This document shows, one piece after another, positions 1 to 12,300 of a stretch of DNA of 45,016 nucleotides; position 1 is the first letter of the stretch; each line of letters opens with the position of its first letter. The DNA is from Reclinomonas americana ATCC 50394. Its lineage: Eukaryota. The notes beneath the pieces were generated by a model. That model was given only the letters and a program-made list of their open reading frames with translations, was not told where the DNA came from and did not search any database. The DNA is taken from positions 186,555 to 231,570 of the forward strand of contig PS015071.1 in the NCBI GenBank assembly GCA_048213135.1, read 5' to 3'. A program made the position numbers and the translations under genes.

Positions 1-913
1 GCAGACAGTGACGGTAACGGGGCGCGCATTGTCAGCAAGTGATACTGTGCGATTGGTGTCCGGCGGAACGTGCGTGAGTGGCACGACGACGTACAACATG
101 ACGAGTGGAGCGTTGGGTGGATCGGCTGGAGCGCGTACGCTGACTGTGTCGACGGGCAACACCAGTTTGGCGGCCGGATCGTATCTCGTGTGGTTCGCTC
201 ACTGCATTCATTTTTGATTCTCCTTGTGCAGTACTTGTGTGTCACCCTCGTGTTTGTGTTTGCAGTTACTTGTACGGCGGAACGGGTACGCCAGTGCAAG
301 TTGGCAGCACGTCTTTAACCGTTGCAACAGGTGTGTTCTATGTTGTATCACTTTGCATCCATTTTCCCGCTTTTCACTCTCTCCTTTGGCAACAGGAACA
401 AGCGTGACGAGCTTTACGCCGAGCAGCATCACTGCGGAGACGAGTGGAGTGCATGTGACTGTGAGTGGCAGTGGTCTGGCGGATGCGGATGTGGTGCAAG
501 TTCAGAGTGCGGGATCGTGTACGGGTGCTGGCACCGTGCTGTCTCTCGTTTCGACGGCTGCCGATGGACTGACCACGATTCGGCAAACGACGAGCACGTC
601 GCTTGCGGCGGGATCGTACTGGGTGTGGTGCGTGTGTTTGTGTCGTTTGGATTGGAAGACATGCATGTGTGCAACGAGCGAAGAAGCGTTCGTGCTTTAG
701 CAAGCAAGCAAGAGAGTTAGAGAGAGAGAGAGGGAGAAGAAGATCTACGAACGAGATTGCATGTTTCGTCTTGAACTGATCACACTGGCGTGTGCTTTCT
801 CTCCAGCATTCACTTTGCGAGCGCGGGTGCGGGTGTCTGGCAGCAAGTACCAGGCGTACTGACAGTAGGTGCGTGTCTGTGTGGCATGTGTTGAACTGAG
901 AACTGTCACCCTT

Positions 914-949
<36 letters not shown>

Positions 950-3900
950 CGTCTGCGTTTTTTTATGTAGATGCTCATGCTGATTTTGATGTGTGATGTG
1001 CAGTGGCGTCGGCGGAGTCGTTTTCTCCGTCGACGATTACACCCAACACGGCTGGCCAGACGGTGACAGTGACTGGGCGAGCATTGTCAGCAAGTGATGC
1101 TGTGCGATTGGTGTCTGGTGGCACCTGCGTGAGTGGCACGACAACGTACAACATGACGAGCGGAGCAGTGGGTGGGTCGGCTGGAGCTCGCACGCTGACC
1201 GTGTCGACGGGCAACGCCAGTCTGGCGGCCGGATCGTATCTCGTGTGGTTCGTTTCTGCGTTCATTTTTTTGTTTCTCTTCGTGCACTGCTTGTGTGACA
1301 ATCCTCGTGTTTGTGTTTGCAGTTACTTGTACGGCGGAACAGGGACGCCAGTGCAAGTTGGCAGCACATCGCTTCTCGTCAGCAACGGTGAGTTCATTTA
1401 CTCATGATAATATTAGCCAGCACACATGATTATTGACTGTCGTATTCTCGATCGTATCAGCGTCGTCGGCAACGACAAACGCCGCGTCAGCAGTGTCGTC
1501 GCTCACTGCGACACTGAATGGCCTGGTCACCAACGTTTCTGCGTCGGCGAGCAACAACTACTTTGAGCTCGCGGTCGACAGCGGGGATTTCTCGACGGCG
1601 TCCGCGGTCAGCACCTTTGCTGGCAGTTTTGGCACACACGGCTTCAAGAACGACGACCGACTGCATGCGATATTTAATCAGCCGTGGGTGAGTGTCAGTG
1701 GCTAAGTTTGTCGCTGTTGTTCGGTGTTAAATTGCTGACTTACACATGTGTGTTGTGTTGTGTTGTGTGTGAGTAGGGAATGACTTCGGATGCACGTGGC
1801 AATCTGTATATCTCAGACTACACGTTGCGTAGATGTCTGTGTGCGACACTGCTGTTATGGTGCCATGTGTATTAACTTTGGTGAATGTGCGGGGTGTGCA
1901 GCAATCAATGCATCCGATTTGTCGACATTCACTCTGGAGATGTGTCGACATACACTGGCGGATGTGGCCAGACGCACGACTATGTGAACGGCGGTCCGTC
2001 TGTTGCTCGATTCTACAAGTTGTGTTGAATGGCTGTTGTGTGCGCGCGGGGCTTCCCCAACCATGAATATTTCTCACGGATGTTACGAATCACAGTCCTG
2101 TGGGGTTGGACATGGATCGGCAGACGACGACGCTCTATGTTGGTGATGTGCGTTCCTCACAGTGAGGCGTGTGTGCTGTGTGTGTGTGTGCCATCTGCTA
2201 TTCCTCTGGTTATGTTGAAGTGTGGTGCCTGATGTCGTGTTGCTTGGTGGATGATTTTCTCGTTGTCTTTATTGTGCGTGATATTGCCTGTTCATTGTGC
2301 TGATAAGAGCATTCTTGTCACGAGGGCTGAAGACTGTGTGATCAATTCATCATCTGTTTCCTCTTTCTCTCTCTCTCATTCACACTCTTTCACACTTGTC
2401 TGCTGCTTTCTTTTTTCTTCATCTTATTGTTCTCTATCTTGTTCTTGTTCTTGTTCTTGACTTCTCCTGGTCTTCTGCTCCAACTTCTCGCCTCCCTCCG
2501 CCTCCTCCTCCGTCTACCTCCTCTGTCTTCCTCGTTTCCTTCGTTTGCCCTTCCCTCCGCGTTCTCACCACTCCTCATTTCCACTACACAGGCCGACAAC
2601 AACGCCGTTCGCAAAGTGACCTCTGATCGGACGACTTCAACATTGGTGGACAACAGCACCAACTTGAATGGCTCGCCTCTGATCGACAGTGCGTTCAATG
2701 TCGCGTACGATTCATCGTCGCAATACGTGTACTTTAGCTCGTATAACACGCACACCATTCGGTACGTGAAGTCGCGCATCAACTGTGTTTGCACTTTGAC
2801 TCAGTATTTGGCGTATACAGTCGCATCAAGAGTGATGGGACTGGCGCGATTGTGTTCTGCGGACAGCACAATACGACTGGATCCACCGACGGCAATTGTT
2901 TGACGGCTGCTACGTTGACTCAACCTTCTTCCTTTGCGGTGGACCAGGCACGCAATGTGTTGTACGTGGGCTCTGGTACCAACTTGGTCATTCGCCAAAT
3001 CGATTTGACGTCGAACCAAGTGACGACGATTGCGGGCACTGGGACGACTGGAACAGGTGACGGAGCTGCGCTCAGTGCGACTTTCCAGTCGACATTCGGC
3101 GTGGTTCTGGATATCACGCGCGATGTGCTCTACATTGGCGAGCGCGATCATGCTAGTATTCGTCAACTCGACCTGTCGAGTATGGATGTTTCAACCATCA
3201 TTCATGGGCCAGCGGGTGGTGTGAACGGTCCGTTGGCGAGTGCGCGGATCCAATATGCGGTATATACCACTTGCTGCCTGTGTTGCATTGCGATTCCAAC
3301 ACAACGAACTGACACGCAACTCTTTGTGCAGTTTGGCATGGTCGTCAACGGTAATCGGTTGTATGCCGCCGGTGAGTCGAAGAAGATAAGGGAGGGCTTT
3401 TGAACTACTGGAGGTATTGAGCATCTTACATGGCCTTGTTGGTACAGACTTAACCGCGAGTGTGATCCATCTGATCAAGTTGCAACCGTCGACTGCTCGG
3501 ATCACGGCATCGCCGAGCACGACCGGGACCGGCTCTTCTGCGTCGATATCCAAGGCTGTCGCGCAGCTCAACAGTGGAGCGACGTACTATTACCGCGCAG
3601 TGACTGTGCTGTCCGACTCGACGGTGCTTACCGGGTCGACACTGTCGTTCACGAGTGCGTCTGCGCGTGTGTATGATATTTGTGATTGATGGACTGCAAT
3701 GTTTGACACATGCCGTGATGTGGTATGCAGCATCTGGCGCACTGACGACAGGGTTCTCACCGACGTCGATTGCGGCGACGACGAGCAATGTGCAGATTGT
3801 GGTGACGGGTGTGAACTTGTTGGCAAGTGACGTGGTGCAAGTGGAGTCGGGAGCGTCGTGCAGCGGCAGTGGGGTGGCACTGACGCACGTGTCGGTGTCG

Positions 3901-6900
3901 AGTGACGGGACGGCGAAAACAGTCAAGACGCCGAGTCCGTCGACGGCACTGACGAATGGATTGTACTCTGTGTGGTACGTGGCTGTTGAAGGAAGAGAGG
4001 GCGAAGGAGAGGGAGAGTGAGAGGGTAGGAGATAGGAAAGGGTGGAAGGAGCGAAGGAAGATGGAGGATGAGGGGAGAGAGGGAGAGAGAGGGCGGGAGA
4101 GAGAGGGAGGGGTGAGAAGTGTGTGCAAAGAAGAGAAAAAAATGAGGAGGTGGACGAGGAGAGAGAGTTGTGGAACTCGGTGCGTTTTCTGACGTATTGT
4201 TGTTGTTGATGTCACTGTTATTGTTGCTGTTGTGCGTGTTCAGTTACTTGTATGGAGGCGTGGGCACGGCGGAGCGTGTCGGAACGACGTCTCTTGTTGT
4301 TGGTAATGGTTTGTTGTGTGCTGGACGCAGATTGCCTGGTGTCCCGTGTCGTTGATATTTCTCTCTCTCTCTGTGAGACAGCTGCACTTGCGACGAGCAG
4401 CGCGGCGACTGCAGTGTCTACGTACACGGCGACGGTGAATGGGTCGATCACGAACAACTCTGGTGCGGCGAGCAGCAACTATTTCGAGTTGGCGCGATCG
4501 AGCAGCGACTTCACGACAGCGTCGTCGGTGACGACGTATGCTGGTACGCTGAACACTCCTGGAACAACCAATGGTCCGCTTGCGAGCACGCTGTTCAATG
4601 ATCCGCGAGTTGCGTCTCTGATGTTACATGTGTTTTGTAACCGATCACTGGTGGTGCTTCTCCTGACACTTGATTTCGTGATGCGTTCCGCAACTGCAGG
4701 CAATCGTTGGCGACTTTAAAGGCGATTTGTACCTTGTGGAAGCAGGGTTGCGTGCCTTTGCTGCGTCTTGCGCCGATGAGCCGGCGATCACTTCTCGCTG
4801 AATCTCTCTCTCTCTCCCCCTCTCTCTCTCCTCCTATTCCTTGCTCTTGCGCAGCAATAACTGCATTCGGTTTATCGATGTGTCGTCGGGCATGGTGTCG
4901 ACGTTTGCTGGTGTGTGTGGAGCAACTGGAGCATTGGTGGATGGTGTGGCGACTACGGCGCGGTTTAACGGGTTCGTGTGGCTTTGTGTTTCTGAAATTG
5001 TGGTCACTTTTGAGGTCGTGTATCTGACATGCCATCGATAATTTTGTGCGCGTGTGCAGTCCACGAGGCCTTGCCATTGATCTGGAGTCAAGCACGCTGT
5101 TTGTTGCTGATGTGCATAAGATCGCGGGCTTTTCGTTTTCTCTCTCTCTCTCTCTCTCTTTGTCCTTCTGCATACATGCACATTTAGATTAGCGATGTGT
5201 ACCATTCGATCTTGTCTCGCCATCCTCCTGTAGCCTTGCATTGTGTCACTTTATGACTCGAGATCCCCGTTGCTACTGCATTTTTTCACCTCTACTTATC
5301 TGTTGGACCTTTGCCGTCTGCGTCTCTGTGAACTCACCCATCGTTTGAACACAGACCGGAAGCAATGCCATTCGACGAGTGTCGTCGACTGGGTACACGA
5401 CAACACTGGTCACGAGCAGCAGTGCGACGCCGGCTCCAGATTTCATCTACGCTGTGGTGTACGACGCGGGTAACGAGGTGTTGTACTTCTCCGAGAATAA
5501 CAAGCATACTGTAAGGTGAAGTGGCGCGCCGCGACACGCAAATTTGTTGCAATAGTGGAAGCGTGAGTGAGGAATGTGGAGCATGTGTTTGTATTTTGAA
5601 CGAGTTTTTTGAGCAGTGTGACAGTTGTCTATGCATGATTTGCTCTTCTGCTTCTTCATGTATGTAGCTGATACGGCATTCAGAGATAGAATGGATTCAT
5701 TCATGATGTCTCTTATTTTCCTTTTATCGCAGGCGTGTGAACGCGGACGGTTCGTCCCTCACATTGCTGTGTGGTCAATACGGTACTTCTGGTGGCGCCG
5801 ACGGCGACTGCTCAACCACCACACCAACATTCAACCAACCAGCGGGACTGGCACTCGACCTGTCAGTCAACAAGCTGTACGTGGGTTCGCTGAGCGGACG
5901 TAAGGTTCGACAGCTGGACTTGGCGGCCAGTCCAATGCAGCTTGGCACTCTTGTCGGCCAAGACACTCAAGGGTTCGCTGTGGGTCCCGCTGCATCTGCC
6001 AAGTTTTTGGATCCACGCACGCTGTATCTCGACGAAGTGCGACGGACTCTGTACATTGCTGATCTGGGATATGGAATTAAGCAATTGGATCTCAACAGCA
6101 TGGTCGTGTCAGCTCTCACTGTGCCTGCACTGGGTGTGTCGTCAGTGGATGGGCTGTTGACAGATGCGGTTTTGCCGTTACCGGTGCGTGCAAATTGTGT
6201 GTGTGCGTTTGCAGAAGAGAGAGTTTGACAGACAGAGAGAGGGAGGGACAACGCTTTTGCGTCTGTACAACTCCTGAGTGCCATGCAGTGTGTCGCACTG
6301 TGTGTTACTGATGTACTTCACTTTTACAGTTTGGCATGTACTTGGCGCAAGGCAATCGACTTTATGTGACCGGTTAGTTTGAGATTCGGTTTCTGCTGAT
6401 AGCCATTGTTCCGCTCACTCTGATTCTTTGTATTAGAGTTTTCTGGTACTCCTGGAGCTGGTAACATCATTCGATTGATCACGCTGCAGCCTGGAGAGTG
6501 CCGCATCACTGCCGGTCCATCGACAAGTGCGTCTGGAACAACCGCCAGCATTAGTGACGGCCTGTCGCAGCTGACGCCTGGATCGGCCAACTATTTCCGT
6601 GCGGTGACTGTGCTGTCGGACTCGACTGTGGTGGCCGGGTCGACGCTGTCGTTCACGACGAGTTGCGTTGGCGGAGTGGGTGGTTCCCTTTGCGCAACTC
6701 ATGTTGACTTTGCTCTCGTCCCGCGTCGTGATTAGATTTGGCGCCATCGGCGACGAGCTTTTCGCCGAGCAGCATTACTGCAGAGACGAGTGGCGTGCAG
6801 ATTGTTGTGACGGGCACTGCGTTGGTAACGTCGGATGTGGTGCAAGTGGAACTGGGAGCGGACTGCACTGGCGCGGGTACAGCGCTGTCGTCGGTGTCTG

Positions 6901-7432
6901 TGAGTGGGGATGGAACGACGAAGACTGTGCAGACGAGTGGCGTGTCACTGGCAGTGGGATCGTATGCGGTGTGGTGCGTTTTGTGATGGGGAGAAGCAAG
7001 AGAGAGTGAGAGAGAGAGGAGAAAATTCAGGGAGGCGGAGAGGGATGCGAAAAGTCGATACATGAGATTTAGTGCAGTGTGTTTGATGAAGAAGAGGATG
7101 TGAGAGACGACGAGGAAGAAAGAGGTGGCTGTTGTTAGAGGGTGTAGTTGTTGTGTTTAGTGTTTGCATTGACGAGTAGCTGGGGTCAATAGATAGACAG
7201 TGTGGAGCAAGATGAAAGAGGGGGAGTTGGAGTATGGCATCGAGCGGATTTGATACGAAACTGACTTCTTCGATCTCCACAGCATCCAGTTTGGAGGAAC
7301 GGGACTGTGGAGCACTGTGCCGGGGACGCTGACTGTTGGTGTGTTAACCTTTGTGTGTTTTATAGAGAGCGCAATCTCTCTCTCTCTTTCTCTTTCCCCA
7401 TGTATGTGCATGTGAATGTTCATGCTAATTAT

Positions 7433-7509
<77 letters not shown>

Positions 7510-8180
7510 CGTCGTCGTCGTCGTACGTTACGTTACTCTACGTACGACGTACTACCGACCGACCCGAACCGGACCGGGCCGGACGACGGTACGGTCGGTA
7601 CGGTCGTNNNNNNNNNNNNNNNNNNNNNNNNNNNNNNNNNNNNNNNNNNNNNNNNNNNNNNNNNNNNNNNNNNNNNNNNNNNNNNNNNNNNNNNNNNNNN
7701 NNNNNNNNNNNNNNNNNNNNNNNNNNNNNNNNNNNNNNNNNNNNNNNNNNNNNNNNNNNNNNNNNNNNNNNNNNNNNNNNNNNNNNNNNNNNNNNNNNNN
7801 NNNNNNNNNNNNNNNNNNNNNNNNNNNNNNNNNNNNNNNNNNNNNNNNNNNNNNNNNNNNNNNNNNNNNNNNNNNNNNNNNNNNNNNNNNNNNNNNNNNN
7901 NNNNNNNNNNNNNNNNNNNNNNNNNNNNNNNNNNNNNNNNNNNNNNNNNNNNNNNNNNNNNNNNNNNNNNNNNNNNNNNNNNNNNNNNNNNNNNNNNNNN
8001 NNNNNNNNNNNNNNNNNNNNNNNNNNNNNNNNNNNNNNNNNNNNNNNNNNNNNNNNNNNNNNNNNNNNNNNNNNNNNNNNNNNNNNNNNNNNNNNTACCT
8101 TCTTCCTTTCTTTCCTTTCCCTTTCCCCTTAGTTACCGTTACGTTAGTTCGTAGTAGTGTAAGTAGTTAGTATGTGTATA

Positions 8181-8257
<77 letters not shown>

Positions 8258-9246
8258 GGCTTCGGCTGAGTCGTTTACTCCATCGACGATCACGCCCAAC
8301 ACGGCCGGGCAGACGGTGACGGTGACTGGGCGAGCATTGTCAGCAAGTGATACTGTGCGATTGGTGTCTGGCGGCACGTGCGCGAGTGGCACGACGACGT
8401 ACGACATGACGAGTGGAGCGTTGGGTGGGTCGGCTGGAGCGCGCACGCTGACCGTGTCGACGGGTAACACCAGTTTGGCGGCCGGATCGTATCTTGTGTG
8501 GTTCGTCTCTGCATTCAGTGTGCGACTCTCCTTGTGCACTGTTTGTATGACATCCTCGTGTTGTCGTGTAGTTATCTATACGGCGGAACGGGAACGCCAG
8601 TGCAAGTTGGCAGCACGTCATTGACCGTCGCAACAGGTGTGTTCTATGTTGGATCACTTTGTATCCATTTTCCCACTGTTCACTCTCTCCTTTGGCAACA
8701 GGAACAAGCGTGACGAGCTTCACGCCGAGCAGCATCACTGCGGAGACGAGTGGAGTGCAAGTGACTGTGAGTGGTAGTGGTCTGTTGGATGCGGATGTGG
8801 TGCAAGTTCAGAGTGCGGGATCGTGCACGGGTGCTGGCACCGTGCTGTCTCTCGTTTCGACGGCTGCCGATGGACTGACCACGATTCGGCAAACCACGAG
8901 CACGTCGCTTGCGGCGGGATCGTACTGGGTGTGGTGCGTGTGTTTGTGTCGTTCGGATTGGAAGACATGCATGTGTGCAACGAGCAAAGAAGCAATCGTG
9001 GTCTTCACACGAGCGAGAGAGTTAGAGAGAGAGAGAGAGGAGGGAGAAGTAGATCTACGAACGAGATTGCATGTTTCGTGTTGAACTGATCAGATCTGTG
9101 TGTGCTTTCTCGCACAGCATTCACTTTGCGAGCGCGGGTGCGGGTGTCTGGCAGCAAGTGCCGGGCGTGCTGACTGTCGGTGCGTGTGTATGTGGCATGT
9201 GTTGATCAGGGAACTGTCGCCCTACTCCCCTGTGTACGTGTGTGTG

Positions 9247-9305
<59 letters not shown>

Positions 9306-12300
9306 TACTTGCGTAGTTGCCTCATTATTGTTGTCATTGCCAGCGCCATCNNNNNNNNNNNNNNNNNNNNNNNNNNNNNNNNNNNNNNNNNNNNNNNNNN
9401 NNNNNNNNNNNNNNNNNNNNNNNNNNNNNNNNNNNNNNNNNNNNNNNNNNNNNNNNNNNNNNNNNNNNNNNNNNNNNNNNNNNNNNNNNNNNNNNNNNNN
9501 NNNNNNNNNNNNNNNNNNNNNNNNNNNNNNNNGATGTGAAGCTTGTGTCTGGGTCAGGGTGCTCTGGATCGCCGACGTACAGCATGACGACCGGATCGCG
9601 GGGCGGGTCAGCGGGTGCATGGACGTTGACGGTGACGACGAGTGATGTGAATCTGACGCCGGCGGGACAGTACTCTGTGTGGTTCGCGTTTTTTTCTGTG
9701 CACACTGGCGTTGTTGAGAAGAAAGTCGGCTTGTCACTAACTTGGTGTGTGTGTGTGTGTGTGTGCGGTGACAACCATGCAGCTATCGATTCAACGGCAC
9801 GGGGGCATATGTGCAAGTGACATCGACGCTGTTGAATGTCAGTTGAGTGCGAGTTTGTTGGCGAGAGTGTGATGCGTGAGAGTGTAAGAGAGAGTGTAAG
9901 AGAGTGAGAGGGAGTGAGTGCAGATGTACATGTCGAAGGATCTAACATTATTACGTCTCCACTGCTCCCCTCTCTCCTTCTGTTCTTCTTTTTCATTCCT
10001 CTCCTCTGTTGTGCAGACAAACTGGCGGAGTCATTCTCGCCAAGTTCTATTAGTGCGGAGACGAGTGGACAGACGATCTCGGTGACTGGACGTGGTCTGA
10101 CGACGGCCGATGCCATCCGTTTGGTGCTCGGTGCTTCGTGTGGCGGAGCGACGACGTACGATCTGACGGTGGGATCGGCTGGTGGTGTTGCGGGAGCACG
10201 GACTGTGGTTGGCACTGCGGCAAATGTGAATCTGACACCGGCCGGATCGTATGTGGTGTGGTGAGTGTGAGTGTGTGTGTTGAGATGAGATGCGGTGAGG
10301 TGGAGAGGGATTGGGTTTGCGTGCTTGCTGTTGTTGTTTTTGCAAGGTAATTCTCTTTTATGAGAATTTCTGCTGTTTCGACTTACGTCATGTGCATGGA
10401 ACAGCTACAAGTACAACAACACTGGATCGTTTGTGGCGCTCACTGGAGCACTGACCGTCTGTTGCGTACTGTTTTCTTGATTCAAGGTCTAGTTTTAGTT
10501 CCATTCCGCTAACTGGTTCTGCGCTCCATTACAGCCAAATCGGCAACGTCATACTCGCCGTCAAAGATCACTGCAGAGACGACTGGCGAAGCCGTGACTG
10601 TAACTGGACGCGCTTTGTCAAACACAGATGCTTTGCGACTTGTGTTGGGTGCATCGTGTGGTGGTTCGACTTCGTTCACGTTGACAACTGGCACTGTCGG
10701 TGGAAGCGCTGGAGCGCGCACGGTTCGCTTCACCACGTCAAGCACTGCGATCGCTGCGGGATTTTACACTGTGTGGTATGTTTTGGACGTGATTGTGTCT
10801 TGGTGCTGTGGACGTCGGTTGTGCTTACTCGGTGCTGCTGTACTCCTCTCATAGTTATCAGTACGACGCTACCGGCAGTCTTGTCAGTGTTGGCAGTGTA
10901 TTGGAAGTGGGTGCGTTCACACATATTTGCTTCCTCCGTTATCACTTTGTTGCCTGTCCCCTTTGTCTCCTTGTATCTATCCTGCTTCTCACTTTCTGTT
11001 CATTACCACAGGTGCAAGCGGCGACTCCTTCACTCCTTCATCGATACGCTCCGAGACCAGTGGCGAGGTGATTTCCGTAACTGGTCACGGCCTTGCCAAC
11101 TCCGATTCTGTGCAACTTGCTGCCGGTGTCGGATGCGCGGGTACAACGTACAGCCTGTCACCGGGCTCATTGAGCGGTCCAGCGGGTGCGCGAGTTTTGA
11201 CGATTTCCACTCCTGGTCTTACCATTCCGGCGGGTCCGTACACTATTTGGTAAGTGGATGTGCTTTCTCTGTCTAATGCGCACTGCATGGTATCCTCTCT
11301 TCTTCCCTCTCTCTCAACAATTTCTTCGCTTTCAGCATTCAGTTCAGCTACACCACCGGCTATGTGGCGGTTTCTGGCGGCACGATTACTGCTGGTTCGT
11401 GCATATCACGGTCTCAATGGGCATAGATGGCGCTATCTTACATTTCTTCGTGGGTTCCATTTTCCTGCGCTGCTGATAAACAGTCGAGACGGCCGATGCT
11501 TTCTCACCGGCCACGATATTCTCCGGAACCGCCAACCAAGTGGTCACCATTACGGGGCACGGCCTGCTTGCGACCGATGCGGTCAAGCTGGTGTCTGGGA
11601 CGACTTGCAGCGGCAGTCCGCAGTTCCCTTTGACTCCAAGTGCTGCGACAGCAGGCGTTGCAGGAGCGCGGCTGAAGACGGCATTTACCCCGAATACTAG
11701 TCTCACGAATGGCACCTACTCTGTGTGGTTCGTTTTGGAGTAGCACTGAAGAAGCAGATTGGGGTTGCTGTCTCTCTACGCTCAATTCTTCACGATCTTT
11801 GTCAGCTCAGACGCCCTTTGTTTGTGTTTTCAGTCTTCTCTTGTTCACTTGGGGTGTTTGTAGAAGTAGAGTGGTGCAGTGTCAGTGTGTCATCATGTCA
11901 TCGCACGATTATTCGTGCTCTTACATCCCCCATCTGCGCTACTCATTTCTTGTCATCGTATTTGCTGTACTCATCGTTGATATCCCATCACAGCATCCAA
12001 CTGACGTATCCGACGGGGGGCGTGTACTCTAAAGTCGGCACGACAGAAATTTCTGTCGGTACGTTATTGTCGCGCATCGTGCATCTTGGTCGTTGCCGCG
12101 TCGTTGCTCATCTACTTGTCGTCCAGTGACTCCTCTGGTAGTTACCGGCTACAGTCCGGCAAGCATCGTTGCAGAGACTGCCGGAGTGCAGTTAACAATC
12201 ACTGGTGCCGGTTTGCAGCTGACAGATACTGCTGCGCTGTTCTTGGGCACAAGTGTTTTCGTGTCTTGCGACACTGCCACATCGTACTCGCTCACGTCGA

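Noticed and set aside
7505-7607. Odd tacg/gtcg/accg-rich sequence beside gaps (also 8096-8182 and 30759-30779)
   Set aside because: It resembles low-quality read-end noise after microsatellites at contig ends and is not reliable biology.
11290-11300. GTATCCT resembling a U12-type donor
   Set aside because: It lies inside an intron whose frame-correct donor is GTAAGT at 11250, and it is an incomplete match.
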